Under the pieces are notes generated by a model, which ran no database searches, was not told where the DNA came from, and saw only the letters and a list, made by a program, of their open reading frames with translations. A stretch of DNA of 59,974 bases from Actinomycetes bacterium (GTDB taxonomy: Bacteria > Actinomycetota > Actinomycetes > S36-B12 > UBA5976), in NCBI GenBank assembly GCA_037137575.1, contig JBAXKB010000005.1, positions 1 through 59,974 of the forward strand, read 5' to 3'. Positions 19,593 to 30,267 of the stretch are shown piece after piece. Every line of letters starts with the position of its first letter. Position 1 is the first letter of the stretch. The position numbers were made by a program, and so were the translations under genes.

Positions 19593-20174
19593 GTGGCCCG
19601 AATTGGCGTGATGGGTGGCACCTTCGATCCCATCCATATCGGTCACCTAATCGCTGCAAGCGAAGTCCACACCAGCTTGCAGTTAGATCAGGTGCTGTTC
19701 GTTCCGGCTGGTGAGCCATGGCAAAAAGTGAGTCAGGATGTCAGCCCAGCACACTCGCGCTTCGAGATGACAAAATTGGCCATTGCCGATGACGACAGAT
19801 TCGAAATTAGCGACATTGAAATAACTCGAGATGGACCGTCGTACGCCATCGATACTTTTTTCCAATTAAAAGTGCAACAACCAGACGATGAGTTTCAGTG
19901 GATTGTCGGCGCAGATGTACTTGAGCGAATTACCACCTGGCATCGCTGGGAAGAGTTTGTCGCACTTGTCCCAATTGTTGCCGTGAACCGACTTGGGATT
20001 GAAATAGCGGAATTGCCCTTTAAGTACACAGAAGTTCAAATGCCCGAAGTACGAATTTCGGCAACTGCCCTGCGCAAACGATATGCAGATGGTGACTCGA
20101 GCAAATACTTAGTACCAGAGCGTGTTGATAATTACATAAAAGAGCAATCGCTGTATCACCAAGTACAGGGATAA
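19593..20174 (+). CDS. nadD: nicotinate-nucleotide adenylyltransferase
   Basis: GVMGGTFDPIHIGHL (HxGH nucleotidyltransferase motif), 193 aa, GTG start. Confidence 0.92.
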   Translation: MARIGVMGGTFDPIHIGHLIAASEVHTSLQLDQVLFVPAGEPWQKVSQDVSPAHSRFEMTKLAIADDDRFEISDIEITRDGPSYAIDTFFQLKVQQPDDEFQWIVGADVLERITTWHRWEEFVALVPIVAVNRLGIEIAELPFKYTEVQMPEVRISATALRKRYADGDSSKYLVPERVDNYIKEQSLYHQVQG

Positions 20175-20175
20175 C

Positions 20176-21369
20176 TTGATGCACAGGATTCCAAACTTTT
20201 TAAAGTGGCTAGTGGGCTCGCTACTAGCTATTGCAATTTTGACTGGCTTGATGCTTTTGCAGAATCCAAAAGATTCTGTGGCAAAGGGCCGGCTTCCTGG
20301 TCCATTGAACGACATTTCCGCAACACCTGACCCTAATCAGGTTCACAATCTTCTGGTAGAAATTACTGATAGCAAACAGCAGTTTGTGGTTGGCGCTCTT
20401 TTGATGAATAACGCAAGCAAGTACTCAATAGCGGCCATCGATCCAAATGTTGCCGTAGATTTGCGTGAATTTGGGTTTAGAGATTTACGCAGTGCTAGTA
20501 ACCAAGTTTCAGCGGGCCAATTAGTTGAGGCACTAAATGTTTCAGCTGGGCTATCAATAGACGGAGTACTCAACTTAAGTGAAATTGGACTTGGTGCATT
20601 GTTAGACAGCATCGGGGGAGTAACCGTAAACCTTCCCGCCAAACTGCGATTCCCAACAGCAGAATCCGACAAAGTCCTAATTTTGCCTGCTGGTAAAACT
20701 CACCTAGCCGGTGCTACGGCAGCGGCATATGCGATTTATCGCCAGCCCGGCGAGTCGGCTGCCGAACAGAGTGTGCGGTTTCATCCAGTCCTGAGCAAAG
20801 TGCTAGATGCATTGCCAGCAGACCCACAAAAACTGAATTCGCAATTGATGTCACTTGGGCAAGCAGGCAGCAGTAACTTGTCCCATTTAGATGTTGCCAA
20901 CTTCTTGGCTAAATCACGAGGTGGTTGGACTTCGGCAAGTTACTTATCGCTTACTACATCACCTTCCCAGTTGGCTACCGATGTTAAAGACAAATGGCTT
21001 TGGCTAAATACTGGATCCATTTTGAGCACTTTCATCGCTGATCAGTCAGATGCCCTTTGGAGCGCCAAAGGTGAGCAATATCGGGTTTCAATTTCGAGCC
21101 ACTCACCCGAAGATCGACTTGTAGCTCGCGAACTTTTAAGCCGAGGGACGCTCTATTTTGTAGATGGCGGAGGTGCTGCCCCATCGCTGCATTCGCATCT
21201 AATAATCACCGATGCGGTGCCAGCAGAGGTTGCGCAGCAGTTGGCGGCCAAACTTTCGTTGCCAGAACTTGATACTGTCGTAGTATCACAAATATCTACG
21301 GGCACAGACATGCAACTAGATTTGGGTAAAGATTTCACAAACATCCAGCAGAAGGGGAGCAGTCAGTGA
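20176..21369 (+). CDS. membrane-anchored LytR/CpsA/Psr (LCP)-like protein, divergent
   Basis: N-terminal TM helix. The central region has an LCP-like pattern (..LDSIGGVTVNLP..). The nadD-X-rsfS position is conserved in Actinobacteria. The start could instead be the ATG at 20179. Confidence 0.5.
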   Translation: MMHRIPNFLKWLVGSLLAIAILTGLMLLQNPKDSVAKGRLPGPLNDISATPDPNQVHNLLVEITDSKQQFVVGALLMNNASKYSIAAIDPNVAVDLREFGFRDLRSASNQVSAGQLVEALNVSAGLSIDGVLNLSEIGLGALLDSIGGVTVNLPAKLRFPTAESDKVLILPAGKTHLAGATAAAYAIYRQPGESAAEQSVRFHPVLSKVLDALPADPQKLNSQLMSLGQAGSSNLSHLDVANFLAKSRGGWTSASYLSLTTSPSQLATDVKDKWLWLNTGSILSTFIADQSDALWSAKGEQYRVSISSHSPEDRLVARELLSRGTLYFVDGGGAAPSLHSHLIITDAVPAEVAQQLAAKLSLPELDTVVVSQISTGTDMQLDLGKDFTNIQQKGSSQ

Positions 21370-21725
21370 CCGCTACCGAACATTCATTAGCAATTGCCAA
21401 AGTTGCGGCCCAAGCTGCCTTTGATAAGCAGGCAACAGAAATCACACTGTTGGACGTGAGCGATCACCTAGTAATCACTGATCTGTTCTTAATTTGTACT
21501 GCGCAGAACGAGCGCCAAGTCGGCGCAATCGTTGATGCAATCGAAGAAGTGCTCGATGCCCAAGGGGTAGAGCCAATCAGACGCGAAGGTCAGCGCGGGG
21601 GCCGATGGGTGCTTCTCGATTACTTTGAAATGGTTGTGCATATTCAGCAAGCTGAAGAGCGTTCACTTTATGACTTAGAGCGACTTTGGCGCGACTGCCC
21701 ACACATTGCCCTGGAATTGATTTAG
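21366..21725 (+). CDS. rsfS: ribosome silencing factor RsfS
   Basis: GTGA overlap with the upstream gene, 119 aa, Iojap-family pattern (WVLLDYFEMVVHIQ). Confidence 0.9.
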   Translation: MTATEHSLAIAKVAAQAAFDKQATEITLLDVSDHLVITDLFLICTAQNERQVGAIVDAIEEVLDAQGVEPIRREGQRGGRWVLLDYFEMVVHIQQAEERSLYDLERLWRDCPHIALELI

Positions 21726-21727
21726 CC

Positions 21728-22387
21728 ATGACAGCGCGCACCTTGGTTCTGTGGCGACACGGGCGAACCTCGTGGAACCTAGAAAATCGTTTCCAAGGAC
21801 AAGAGGATGTACCGCTTGATGAAGTCGGTTTAGACCAAGCTCGTCGCGCAGCCCAAACTTTGGTGGCATTGCAGCCAACACACATAATCTCAAGTGATTT
21901 AACGCGAGCATTAGACACTGCTCGTGCTTTGGCTAGTCTGACGGGCATTGAAGTTGAAACCGATGAAGACCTTCGGGAAACTTTTGCCGGCGATTGGCAA
22001 GGCCTAACTAAAACCGAATTGACGCAGCGTTATGCCGATGACTACGCCGCGTGGGGTGGCGACTCCAATGTGCGCCCTGGTGGTGGCGAAACGCGCCTTG
22101 AAGTGGCCGAGCGGGTCATGCGGGCAATCTCACACGGATTAGAGCGTGTACCTGAAGGTGGCACGTTAGTTGTGGCATCGCACGGTGGTTCGTTGCGTGC
22201 GGCCCTGGGTCGCCTCTTAGCGCTAGAGCCATCACAATGGACTGCGCTTGGTGTGTTGGCAAATGCGCAATGGTCAGTATTACGCGAACTGGACGAAAAC
22301 ATCCCGCGCCCAGTCGGCTTGCATTGGCGTCTAGCCGAATACAACGCTGGATCATTGCCCGAGCCGGTCATGGGCGATGACCGCTAG
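21728..22387 (+). CDS. histidine phosphatase family protein (syntenic with mycobacterial GpgP)
   Basis: RHG catalytic motif LVLWRHGRTSWN and a downstream SHGG motif. The ATG at 21728 lies 2 nt after the rsfS stop; the ORF track opens at 21686 inside rsfS. Confidence 0.85.
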   Translation: MTARTLVLWRHGRTSWNLENRFQGQEDVPLDEVGLDQARRAAQTLVALQPTHIISSDLTRALDTARALASLTGIEVETDEDLRETFAGDWQGLTKTELTQRYADDYAAWGGDSNVRPGGGETRLEVAERVMRAISHGLERVPEGGTLVVASHGGSLRAALGRLLALEPSQWTALGVLANAQWSVLRELDENIPRPVGLHWRLAEYNAGSLPEPVMGDDR

Positions 22388-22431
22388 CAGTTCGCCTGTG
22401 CAAATACTTGTGCGGTAGCATTAGGTTTTCT

Positions 22432-22508
<77 letters not shown>

Positions 22509-22517
22509 GGTAGTGAA

Positions 22518-22523
22518 TAGGAT
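22518..22523 (+). promoter_or_regulatory. -10 TAGGAT, leaderless geometry for mmsA
   Basis: TAGGAT, then 6 nt, then ATG (22530). It lies only 11 nt after the tRNA-Ala CCA. Confidence 0.4.
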
Positions 22524-22529
22524 TGATGT

Positions 22530-24029
22530 ATGAGCAATCGCATAACGCACTGGATCGATGGCAAGTTTTATGCAGGTCCAGCTGATCGAACAGGTCCAGT
22601 TTTTAATCCAGCAACCGGTGAACAAACCGGCACTGTTGATTTAGCCAGTACTGACGTAGTTGATACTGCTGTTGCTGTTGCTGTTGCTGCTGGTAAAACT
22701 TGGGCGCAGACTTCGTTAACTAAGCGCGTTGCAGTGATGTTTGAATTCCGTGAACTTTTGAACGCTCGCAAAGATGAAGTTATTGCTTTAATTACCGCTG
22801 AACATGGCAAGACTTTAGAAGACGCCAGCGGCGAACTATCTCGTGGACAAGAAGCTGTTGAGTTTGCCTGCGGCATCCCGCACTTGATGAAGGGCTCGTA
22901 TTCAGAGGGCGTTTCAACCGGTGTTGATGTTTATAGCATTCGCCAGCCACTTGGCGTTGTTGGCATCATTTCACCATTCAATTTCCCGGCAATGGTGCCA
23001 ATGTGGTTTTTCCCAATCGCCATTGCAACTGGCAATAGCGTAATTGTTAAGCCAAGTGAAAAAGATCCAAGTGTGGTTAATTACATTGCCGAACTTTGGA
23101 AAGAAGCGGGTCTGCCGGACGGTGTATTCAACGTTGTACATGGCGATAAAGAATCTGTTGATCGTCTGTTAACGCATCCAGATGTTAAGGCCATTAGTTT
23201 TGTTGGCTCAACGCCAATCGCAAAATACATTTACGAAACCGGTACCGCGCACGGCAAGCGGGTTCAGGCACTTGGTGGTGCCAAGAATCACATGGTGGTT
23301 TTACCTGATGCGGATCTTGATTTAGCAGCGGATAGCGCAGTTAACGCTGGCTTTGGCTCTGCCGGTGAGCGATGTATGGCAATCTCCGCATTAGTTGCTG
23401 TTGAGCCAGTAGCTGATGAACTTATCGCAAAGATCGCGCAGCGGGTTCGTACGCTGACGCTCGGTGCTGGCGTAACTAACTCAGACATGGGCCCACTGAT
23501 TAGTGCGGTTCATCGCGACAAAGTGCGTGGCTACATTGATGCTGGTGTTGAAGCAGGAGCAACTTTGGTTGTGGATGGGCGTAAACCTGAAATTTCTGAT
23601 GAAGCTCTGTCAGCTGGTTACTTCCTTGGTGCAACATTGTTCGACAATGTCACGCCAGAGATGAGCATCTACCAAGAAGAAATCTTCGGCCCAGTGCTGT
23701 GTGTTATCCGAGTTGAAACTTATGAAGAGGCACTCAAGTTGGTTAACGAGCATCCCTACGGAAATGGCACTGCAATTTTCACAAACGATGGTGGAGCCGC
23801 GCGCCGGTTCCAACATGAAGTGCAAGTGGGCATGGTTGGCATTAACGTACCAATCCCAGTACCGATGGCTTACTACTCATTCGGTGGTTGGAAAGCATCG
23901 TTGTTTGGTGACACCCATGCACATGGTGCAGAGGGCGTTCACTTCTTTACTCGCGGCAAAGTAGTAACGAGTCGTTGGTTAGATCCGAGTCATGGTGGCT
24001 TGAACTTAGGTTTCCCAACTAACGGCTAA
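22530..24029 (+). CDS. mmsA: CoA-acylating methylmalonate-semialdehyde dehydrogenase
   Basis: 499 aa ALDH-family protein with catalytic Cys (GERCMA) and an MmsA-type N-terminus (ITHWIDGK). Confidence 0.8.
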   Translation: MSNRITHWIDGKFYAGPADRTGPVFNPATGEQTGTVDLASTDVVDTAVAVAVAAGKTWAQTSLTKRVAVMFEFRELLNARKDEVIALITAEHGKTLEDASGELSRGQEAVEFACGIPHLMKGSYSEGVSTGVDVYSIRQPLGVVGIISPFNFPAMVPMWFFPIAIATGNSVIVKPSEKDPSVVNYIAELWKEAGLPDGVFNVVHGDKESVDRLLTHPDVKAISFVGSTPIAKYIYETGTAHGKRVQALGGAKNHMVVLPDADLDLAADSAVNAGFGSAGERCMAISALVAVEPVADELIAKIAQRVRTLTLGAGVTNSDMGPLISAVHRDKVRGYIDAGVEAGATLVVDGRKPEISDEALSAGYFLGATLFDNVTPEMSIYQEEIFGPVLCVIRVETYEEALKLVNEHPYGNGTAIFTNDGGAARRFQHEVQVGMVGINVPIPVPMAYYSFGGWKASLFGDTHAHGAEGVHFFTRGKVVTSRWLDPSHGGLNLGFPTNG

Positions 24030-24073
24030 TACTTGGGTAGGCTAGGTTTCTAGCAAACTTCCCCGGAGTGCAC

Positions 24074-25072
24074 ATGAACTTGAAAAATCGTGATTTCCTA
24101 AAGGAAATCGATTTCACTGCAGACGAATTGCAGTATCTAATTAACTCTGCCATCGAACTCAAGGCAGCCAAGCGCGAACGCCGTGAAGTAAAGCACTTGC
24201 AAGATCGAAACATTGCGCTCATTTTTGAAAAGACTTCAACCCGAACTCGTTGTGCCTTTGAAGTAGCGGCATTCGATCAGGGTGCACACACCACCTACTT
24301 AGATGGTCAGTCATCCCAAGTAGGTCACAAAGAATCGATCGCAGATACTGCTCGAGTTTTATCGAGGTATTACGATGCGATTCAATTTCGAGGTAAATCT
24401 CAAGAGATGGTTGAAGAGCTTGCCAAATTCTCAGATGTACCCGTTTACAACGGGCTAACAGACGAGTGGCATCCAACACAGATGCTTGCCGATTTCCAGA
24501 CCATGATTGAGCACTCAGGTCGTGCGTTAAATGAAATCAGTTTTGCTTACGTTGGCGATGCCCGGAACAACATGGGTCATTCACTTTTGATGATGGGTGC
24601 AATTATGGGCTGTGATGTGCGCATTGCTGGCCCGGCCGAGTTGCTTCCATCTGCCCAGATTCGTGCGCTAGCTGAAGTTGCCGCTGCAAAAAGTGGAGCG
24701 CGCATAACTTTGACTGAATCTATGGACGAAGCACTTCTCGGCGCGCAATTTGTGCACACTGATGTTTGGGTCTCTATGGGGGAATCACCAGAAATTTGGA
24801 ACGAGCGGGTTAAGTTACTTTCGCCATATCAAGTAAATCGTGAAGCTTTAGCTAAAACGGGTGTAGCTGATGTGAAGTTTATGCATTGCTTGCCAGGCTT
24901 TCACAATGAGCAGACCACGATTGGCTTTGAAATCGCGAGTAAAACAGGAATGCGCGAAGGCCTTGAAGTGACTCATGATATTTTCGAATCTGATTTGAGT
25001 GTGGTTTTTGATCAGGCTGAAAATCGGATGCACACTATTAAAGCGATCATGGTCGCAACCATCGGAGACTAA
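24074..25072 (+). CDS. argF: ornithine carbamoyltransferase (enterobacterial ArgI/ArcB-like type)
   Basis: STRTR, HPTQ, DVWVSMG and HCLP motifs, about 332 aa. It is collinear by eye with my recollection of E. coli ArgI. The ATG at 24074 follows GGAGTG; the ORF track opens at the GTG at 24068. Confidence 0.85.
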   Translation: MNLKNRDFLKEIDFTADELQYLINSAIELKAAKRERREVKHLQDRNIALIFEKTSTRTRCAFEVAAFDQGAHTTYLDGQSSQVGHKESIADTARVLSRYYDAIQFRGKSQEMVEELAKFSDVPVYNGLTDEWHPTQMLADFQTMIEHSGRALNEISFAYVGDARNNMGHSLLMMGAIMGCDVRIAGPAELLPSAQIRALAEVAAAKSGARITLTESMDEALLGAQFVHTDVWVSMGESPEIWNERVKLLSPYQVNREALAKTGVADVKFMHCLPGFHNEQTTIGFEIASKTGMREGLEVTHDIFESDLSVVFDQAENRMHTIKAIMVATIGD

Positions 25073-26142
25073 TGCCGAATTTGTTTGATCCGATCACAGT
25101 AGGAAACATCTCGATTAAAAATCGAGTCTGGGTTAGTCCAATGTGTCAGTACTCGGCTATTGATGGTGTGATGCAAGATTGGCATGCAATTCACTATGGC
25201 TCCTTAATCACAGGTGGTTCGGGTTTGGTTATGGTCGAAGCCACTGGTGTGCAACCGCAGGGACGTATCTCACCACAGTGTTTAGGAATTTGGACCGAGC
25301 AACAAGCCCAAGTTCTTGGCGAGTTGCCGAACTTTGCGCACAAGCATGGCGTGAAAATGGGTATTCAACTTGCTCATGCGGGGCGAAAGGCTTCAACCGC
25401 AGCGCCATGGCTTGGCGGCAAGCCGTTAGCGCCAGAAGATGGCGGTTGGCAAACAGTGGCACCATCTGCAGTTCCTTTTGGCAGTTACCCTGCGCCGCGA
25501 GAACTTACGGCGAAAGAAATAGGTCAGCTTCGCGCGGACTTTGTTGCGGCCGCTGAGCGCGCTCTTTTCGCGGGTTTTGATGTAATCGAATTACATGTGG
25601 CTCACGGATATCTACTGCACGAATTTTTGTCTCCGATTTCAAATCAACGAACAGATGAATACGGTGGCTCGTTTGAAAATCGCATTCGCCTTTTGATTGA
25701 AATTGCGCGCGAGATTCGCGTAGTAATTTCTCCGGCGCGCGCATTGTTTGTTCGACTCTCATGTACCGACTGGGTCCCTGGCGGCTGGACCATTGAAGAC
25801 AGCGTTGAACTTGCTCGGGAGTTGAAAGCTGCCGGAGTAGACCTAGTTGACTGCTCATCAGCCGGCACAACTCCAGATGCGCAGATTCCGGTCGGTCCAG
25901 GTTTTCAGGTGCCATTTGCCCAGCAGATTCGCCAACAGGCGCAGATTGCCACAAGCGCGGTAGGCATGATCGATTCAGCCCAGCAAGCACAGCAGATTAT
26001 TGAATCAGGGCAAGCGGACGCAGTGATGCTTGGTCGCGCCCTTTTAGGCAACCCACGTTGGCCGCTACAGGCTGCCAGCGAATTAGGGGTAGAAGTGCCC
26101 TGGCCAAGCCAGTATCAACGTGGAGTTTTGCGTAAGCCCTGA
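25072..26142 (+). CDS. NADH:flavin oxidoreductase, Old Yellow Enzyme family (YqjM/NamA-like)
   Basis: TAATG overlap with the OTC gene. Signatures: N-terminal SPMCQYS, HYGS..GG.GLVMVEAT, and HVAHGYLLHEFLSP. Confidence 0.85.
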   Translation: MPNLFDPITVGNISIKNRVWVSPMCQYSAIDGVMQDWHAIHYGSLITGGSGLVMVEATGVQPQGRISPQCLGIWTEQQAQVLGELPNFAHKHGVKMGIQLAHAGRKASTAAPWLGGKPLAPEDGGWQTVAPSAVPFGSYPAPRELTAKEIGQLRADFVAAAERALFAGFDVIELHVAHGYLLHEFLSPISNQRTDEYGGSFENRIRLLIEIAREIRVVISPARALFVRLSCTDWVPGGWTIEDSVELARELKAAGVDLVDCSSAGTTPDAQIPVGPGFQVPFAQQIRQQAQIATSAVGMIDSAQQAQQIIESGQADAVMLGRALLGNPRWPLQAASELGVEVPWPSQYQRGVLRKP

Positions 26143-26184
26143 GCATTTCGCTCCCGCTGTGTTGCTCAAGTATTCTTGGGGATT

Positions 26185-28659
26185 ATGAGTGAAACGCCAG
26201 TTGACCCAAATTTTTATGATGTGCACGCTGTTCAAGATAAATGGCTGCCAATTTGGGATGAACTAGCGCCGTTTCGCAGTGGGCGCCCAGACGACACCAG
26301 GCCAACTAAGTATGTGTTGGACATGTTTCCGTACCCATCTGGCGACTTACACATGGGACATGCTGAGGCTTACGCACTTGGTGATGTGATTGCCCGCTAC
26401 TGGGTTCACAAAGGTTTTAACGTTCTACATCCAATCGGTTGGGATGCTTTTGGTTTACCAGCTGAGAATGCAGCTATCAAGCGCGGTGAAGATCCAAAAT
26501 CTTGGACTTATGAAAACATCGCGATGCAGAAGTCTTCAATGCGCCGTTACGCCTGTTCCTTTGACTGGGATCGGGTACTCAACACTTGCGACCCCGAGTA
26601 CTACAAGTGGAATCAGTGGCTGTTCCTTCAGATGTACGAACGCGGTTTGGCTTATCGCAAAAACTCAGCTGTTAACTGGTGTCCATCGTGCCAGACAGTG
26701 TTGGCTAATGAGCAAGTTGTTGGTGGGCTTTGTGAACGCTGTGACACTCAAGTCACAAAGAAGAAGCTGAACCAGTGGTATTTCAAAATTACTGATTACG
26801 CAGATCGTCTACTTGAGGACATGTCAGAACTTGAGGGCAACTGGCCGGAGAAAGTTCTGTTAATGCAGCGCAACTGGATTGGGCGTTCAACTGGCGCTGA
26901 AGTTAGTTTCGACATTGAAGGTCAGGGCGAGTCGGTCGTGGTTTACACGACCCGCCCTGACACCCTTTATGGCGCAACGTTTTTCGTTGTTGCTGTTGAT
27001 TCCGATTTAGCTGCCAACCTTGCTGCCGGTACCGAAAGCGAAGCGCAATTCAACACCTATCTCAATCAGGTTAAGTCAACTAGCGAAATGGATCGGTTAG
27101 CCACTGATCGACCTAAGACTGGCGTTTTCCTAAACCGTTACGCAATCAATCCAGTTAATGGCGAACGTTTACCAATCTGGGCTAGCGATTATGTTCTAGC
27201 CGATTACGGCACCGGCGCAGTTATGGCGGTTCCTGCACACGACCAGCGCGATCTTGATTTTGCACTTACTTTCAATTTGCCAGTTCGAGTTGTTGTGGAA
27301 TCGGAAACTGATCCGGCAGAAACTGGTGTTGCTACCGCCGATGACGGCGCGCATGTGAACTCAGGTCCACTCGATGGTCTGGGCAAAGCTGAAGCAATTA
27401 CAAAAATGATCGAGATTTTGCAAGGTGAGGGTCGCGGAAAGTCGGCAACCAATTACCGTCTGCGCGATTGGCTCATTAGTCGCCAACGTTATTGGGGCAC
27501 CCCAATCCCAATCATTCATTGCCCAGACTGTGGTGAAGTTCCGGTACCAGAATCACAGTTGCCTGTTGTTTTGCCTGATGCGGCAGGTCTTGATCTTTCG
27601 CCTAAGGGTGAATCACCACTAGGAGCCGCAGATGAATGGGCAAATGTGCCTTGCCCTAAGTGCGGCATTCCAGCTCGTCGGGATTCCGACACCATGGACA
27701 CATTTGTTGACTCGTCTTGGTACTACCTTCGTTACTTGAACCCGCAGTTGGACACCGCGCCATTTGAAAAAGCGCAAGCAAATCGTTGGTTGCCGATTGA
27801 CCAATACGTTGGTGGCGTAACGCATGCTATTTTGCACCTGCTCTACAGTCGCTTCTTTACCAAAGTGATGTTCGACATGGGTTTGGTTGACTTCAAGGAA
27901 CCATTCACACGCTTGCTCAATCAGGGCATGGTTGTAATGGATGGCTCAGCAATGAGTAAGAGCCGTGGCAACCTAGTTCGCCTATCTGATGAGTTGGATG
28001 CGCACGGAGTTGATGCTGTGCGTCTGACAATGGTCTTTGCTGGCCCTCCAGAGGACGACATCGACTGGTCAGACGTTTCCCCGGGTGGAGCAAAGAAGTT
28101 CTTGGCCCGCGCCTGGCGCCTATCTGGCGACGTTACTAGCGCAGTTGATGTTGATTTAGCCACTGGCGACTTGGCACTTCGTAAAGTAACGCACAAAGCA
28201 ATGGCCGATAGCGAACTAGCTTTAGAAAGTCACCGTTTCAACGTTGTGGTTGCTCGGGCCATGGAATTGGTAAATGCAACACGAAAGGCAATTGATACTG
28301 GTTGCGGACCTGCTGATGCTGCTGTGCGTGAAGCAACTCATACCGTTGCCATCTTGTTATCGCTAGTTGCGCCATACACAGCGGAAGAAATGTGGGCACG
28401 GATGGGTTACGAGCCATCTGTGGCTCTTGCTCCTTGGCCAATTGCAGATCCCGCTCTTCTAGTTGAGGATGAAACTGAATGTGTTGTGCAGATAAACGGC
28501 AAGATTCGAAAGCGCCTGCAGGTGTCGCCAACAATTTCTGAAACAGATTTACGTGAACTTGCGATGTCTCAGGAAAATGTCATCGCCGAAATTGCAGGAC
28601 GCGAGCCGAAGGTTGTAATTGTTCGACCGCCGAAAATCGTCAACATCGTGCTTGGCTAA
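26185..28659 (+). CDS. leuS: leucine--tRNA ligase
   Basis: HMGH (HIGH) and AMSKS (KMSKS) motifs, about 824 aa. The ORF track opens at TTG 26176; the ATG at 26185 is preferred. Confidence 0.94.
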   Translation: MSETPVDPNFYDVHAVQDKWLPIWDELAPFRSGRPDDTRPTKYVLDMFPYPSGDLHMGHAEAYALGDVIARYWVHKGFNVLHPIGWDAFGLPAENAAIKRGEDPKSWTYENIAMQKSSMRRYACSFDWDRVLNTCDPEYYKWNQWLFLQMYERGLAYRKNSAVNWCPSCQTVLANEQVVGGLCERCDTQVTKKKLNQWYFKITDYADRLLEDMSELEGNWPEKVLLMQRNWIGRSTGAEVSFDIEGQGESVVVYTTRPDTLYGATFFVVAVDSDLAANLAAGTESEAQFNTYLNQVKSTSEMDRLATDRPKTGVFLNRYAINPVNGERLPIWASDYVLADYGTGAVMAVPAHDQRDLDFALTFNLPVRVVVESETDPAETGVATADDGAHVNSGPLDGLGKAEAITKMIEILQGEGRGKSATNYRLRDWLISRQRYWGTPIPIIHCPDCGEVPVPESQLPVVLPDAAGLDLSPKGESPLGAADEWANVPCPKCGIPARRDSDTMDTFVDSSWYYLRYLNPQLDTAPFEKAQANRWLPIDQYVGGVTHAILHLLYSRFFTKVMFDMGLVDFKEPFTRLLNQGMVVMDGSAMSKSRGNLVRLSDELDAHGVDAVRLTMVFAGPPEDDIDWSDVSPGGAKKFLARAWRLSGDVTSAVDVDLATGDLALRKVTHKAMADSELALESHRFNVVVARAMELVNATRKAIDTGCGPADAAVREATHTVAILLSLVAPYTAEEMWARMGYEPSVALAPWPIADPALLVEDETECVVQINGKIRKRLQVSPTISETDLRELAMSQENVIAEIAGREPKVVIVRPPKIVNIVLG

Positions 28660-28665
28660 CCGCGA

Positions 28666-29511
28666 ATGAAAATAGGTTTCGTCACCGATTCCACTTCCTA
28701 CTTGCCTGAAAACATTCGAGCTGAGTTTGATATTGAAGTAGTTCCTGTTCAGGTGGTAATTGAGGGAAAAGCTTATGACGAAGGCAGCGAAATTACGGCT
28801 GAGGTAGTGTCTGTTGCCCTAAAGCAGGGAAAAGCGGTAACAACTTCAAGGCCAAGTTCGGCGCAGTTCATTGCTGCATACCAGCGCGTCCTCGATCGTG
28901 GTTACGACCAAATTATTAGCGTCCACTTATCTTCAGAGTTATCTGGCACTTACGAATCTGCGTTGTTAGCTGTGGCTAAGTCAGAACTGCCGGTGCGCGT
29001 AATAGATTCGCGAACAATTGCACTAGCCATGGGTTACCCACTTATCGGTGGAGCGCGCCTGGCCAGAACTGGCGCGCCAATCGACGATGTTGAGGACTAC
29101 ATCCGCAATAGATGTGAACAGTCAACAATCATTTTTTATGTAGACAGTTTGGAATACCTTAAGCGCGGTGGTCGGATAAGCGCCTTACAATCGCGAATCG
29201 GTACTGCGCTTTCATTAAAGCCGTTGCTAACTGTGACGCATGGGAAAATCGTGCAACGCGAGTTAGTGCGCAATTCTGCGCGAGCACTGGCACGCATTGT
29301 TGAAATTGCGCAAGCATCTGGATCCCTGCCCAGTGAGTTAGCAATTCTGCATGTAACGTCACAAAACTCTGCAGAAAAAATTGCAGCACAAATTTCGCAG
29401 AAGCTGGGTAAGGCAGAAATTTCAGTGTTTCCCGCCGGGGCGGTAGTTGGGACGCATTTAGGGCCAGGTGCGATAGCGCTAGTTATCAGTCCGCTCGCCG
29501 GCCCTGCTTAA
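28666..29511 (+). CDS. DegV family fatty-acid-binding protein
   Basis: IGFVTDSTSYLP N-terminus, 281 aa. The start lies 6 nt after the leuS stop. Confidence 0.85.
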   Translation: MKIGFVTDSTSYLPENIRAEFDIEVVPVQVVIEGKAYDEGSEITAEVVSVALKQGKAVTTSRPSSAQFIAAYQRVLDRGYDQIISVHLSSELSGTYESALLAVAKSELPVRVIDSRTIALAMGYPLIGGARLARTGAPIDDVEDYIRNRCEQSTIIFYVDSLEYLKRGGRISALQSRIGTALSLKPLLTVTHGKIVQRELVRNSARALARIVEIAQASGSLPSELAILHVTSQNSAEKIAAQISQKLGKAEISVFPAGAVVGTHLGPGAIALVISPLAGPA

Positions 29512-29583
29512 TTGCGCTTAATACACATTGGGCGAATGTGCACAAACTAGTTGGTTGGGAAGCGGCGTAGCTCCGCAGTGATT

Positions 29584-29589
29584 TAATCT
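29584..29589 (+). promoter_or_regulatory. -10 TAATCT, leaderless geometry for comEA
   Basis: TAATCT, then 6 nt, then ATG (29596). No SD is present. Confidence 0.4.
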
Positions 29590-29595
29590 GCACAG

Positions 29596-30267
29596 ATGCC
29601 AACAGTTGAGGAACGCATCCGTGCTTTGTGGTCTTCGCGCCCAGATGAGGGTGTCGAATATGTTCCTGCGTCCTACACATTTTCGACTTCAACTAGTACT
29701 CGCAGCACGCTAGTGAAGTTTATGGTGGCTGCAATTTCAGCAACAGCACTATTCATGTGGCTAAATCGCCCCCAGATTCAGGCAACTCCGCGAGTGCTCG
29801 CAAGCGGAACTCCGATTGCAGCTGCGTCAATTGCAGTCACATCCACAAACATTGTTATCGATGTTGAAGGCAAAGTCCGTTATCCCGGATTACATACTTT
29901 GCCAAGTGACGCACGAGTCGCTGATGCCATTGCGGCTTCCGGTGGCACGTTGCCAGGTGTTCCAAAGGGGACAGTAAATCTGGCAGCGCGGCTCTCTGAT
30001 GGGCAATTGCTCATGGTTGGTCAAGCGGGTGGTCTGGGCCTTGTCGCAGGTGATCAGGGGAATTCGTCGTCAACCAATCGAGTGAGTCTTAATAGTGCAA
30101 CTGAGTCTGATTTCGAATCCTTACCGGGTGTTGGACCTGTTCTAGCAAATCGTATTTTTACTTGGCGGACCCAACACGGAGCATTTACCAAAGTTGATGA
30201 TTTGCAGAACGTGCCGGGCATTGGACCAAAAGTCTTTGCGAATTTAGCCAGCCTCGTAACGTTGTAA
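29596..30267 (+). CDS. comEA: ComEA family DNA-binding protein
   Basis: TM helix, SLBB-like middle region, and a C-terminal tandem helix-hairpin-helix (LPGVGPVLANRI...VPGIGPKVF). Confidence 0.88.
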   Translation: MPTVEERIRALWSSRPDEGVEYVPASYTFSTSTSTRSTLVKFMVAAISATALFMWLNRPQIQATPRVLASGTPIAAASIAVTSTNIVIDVEGKVRYPGLHTLPSDARVADAIAASGGTLPGVPKGTVNLAARLSDGQLLMVGQAGGLGLVAGDQGNSSSTNRVSLNSATESDFESLPGVGPVLANRIFTWRTQHGAFTKVDDLQNVPGIGPKVFANLASLVTL

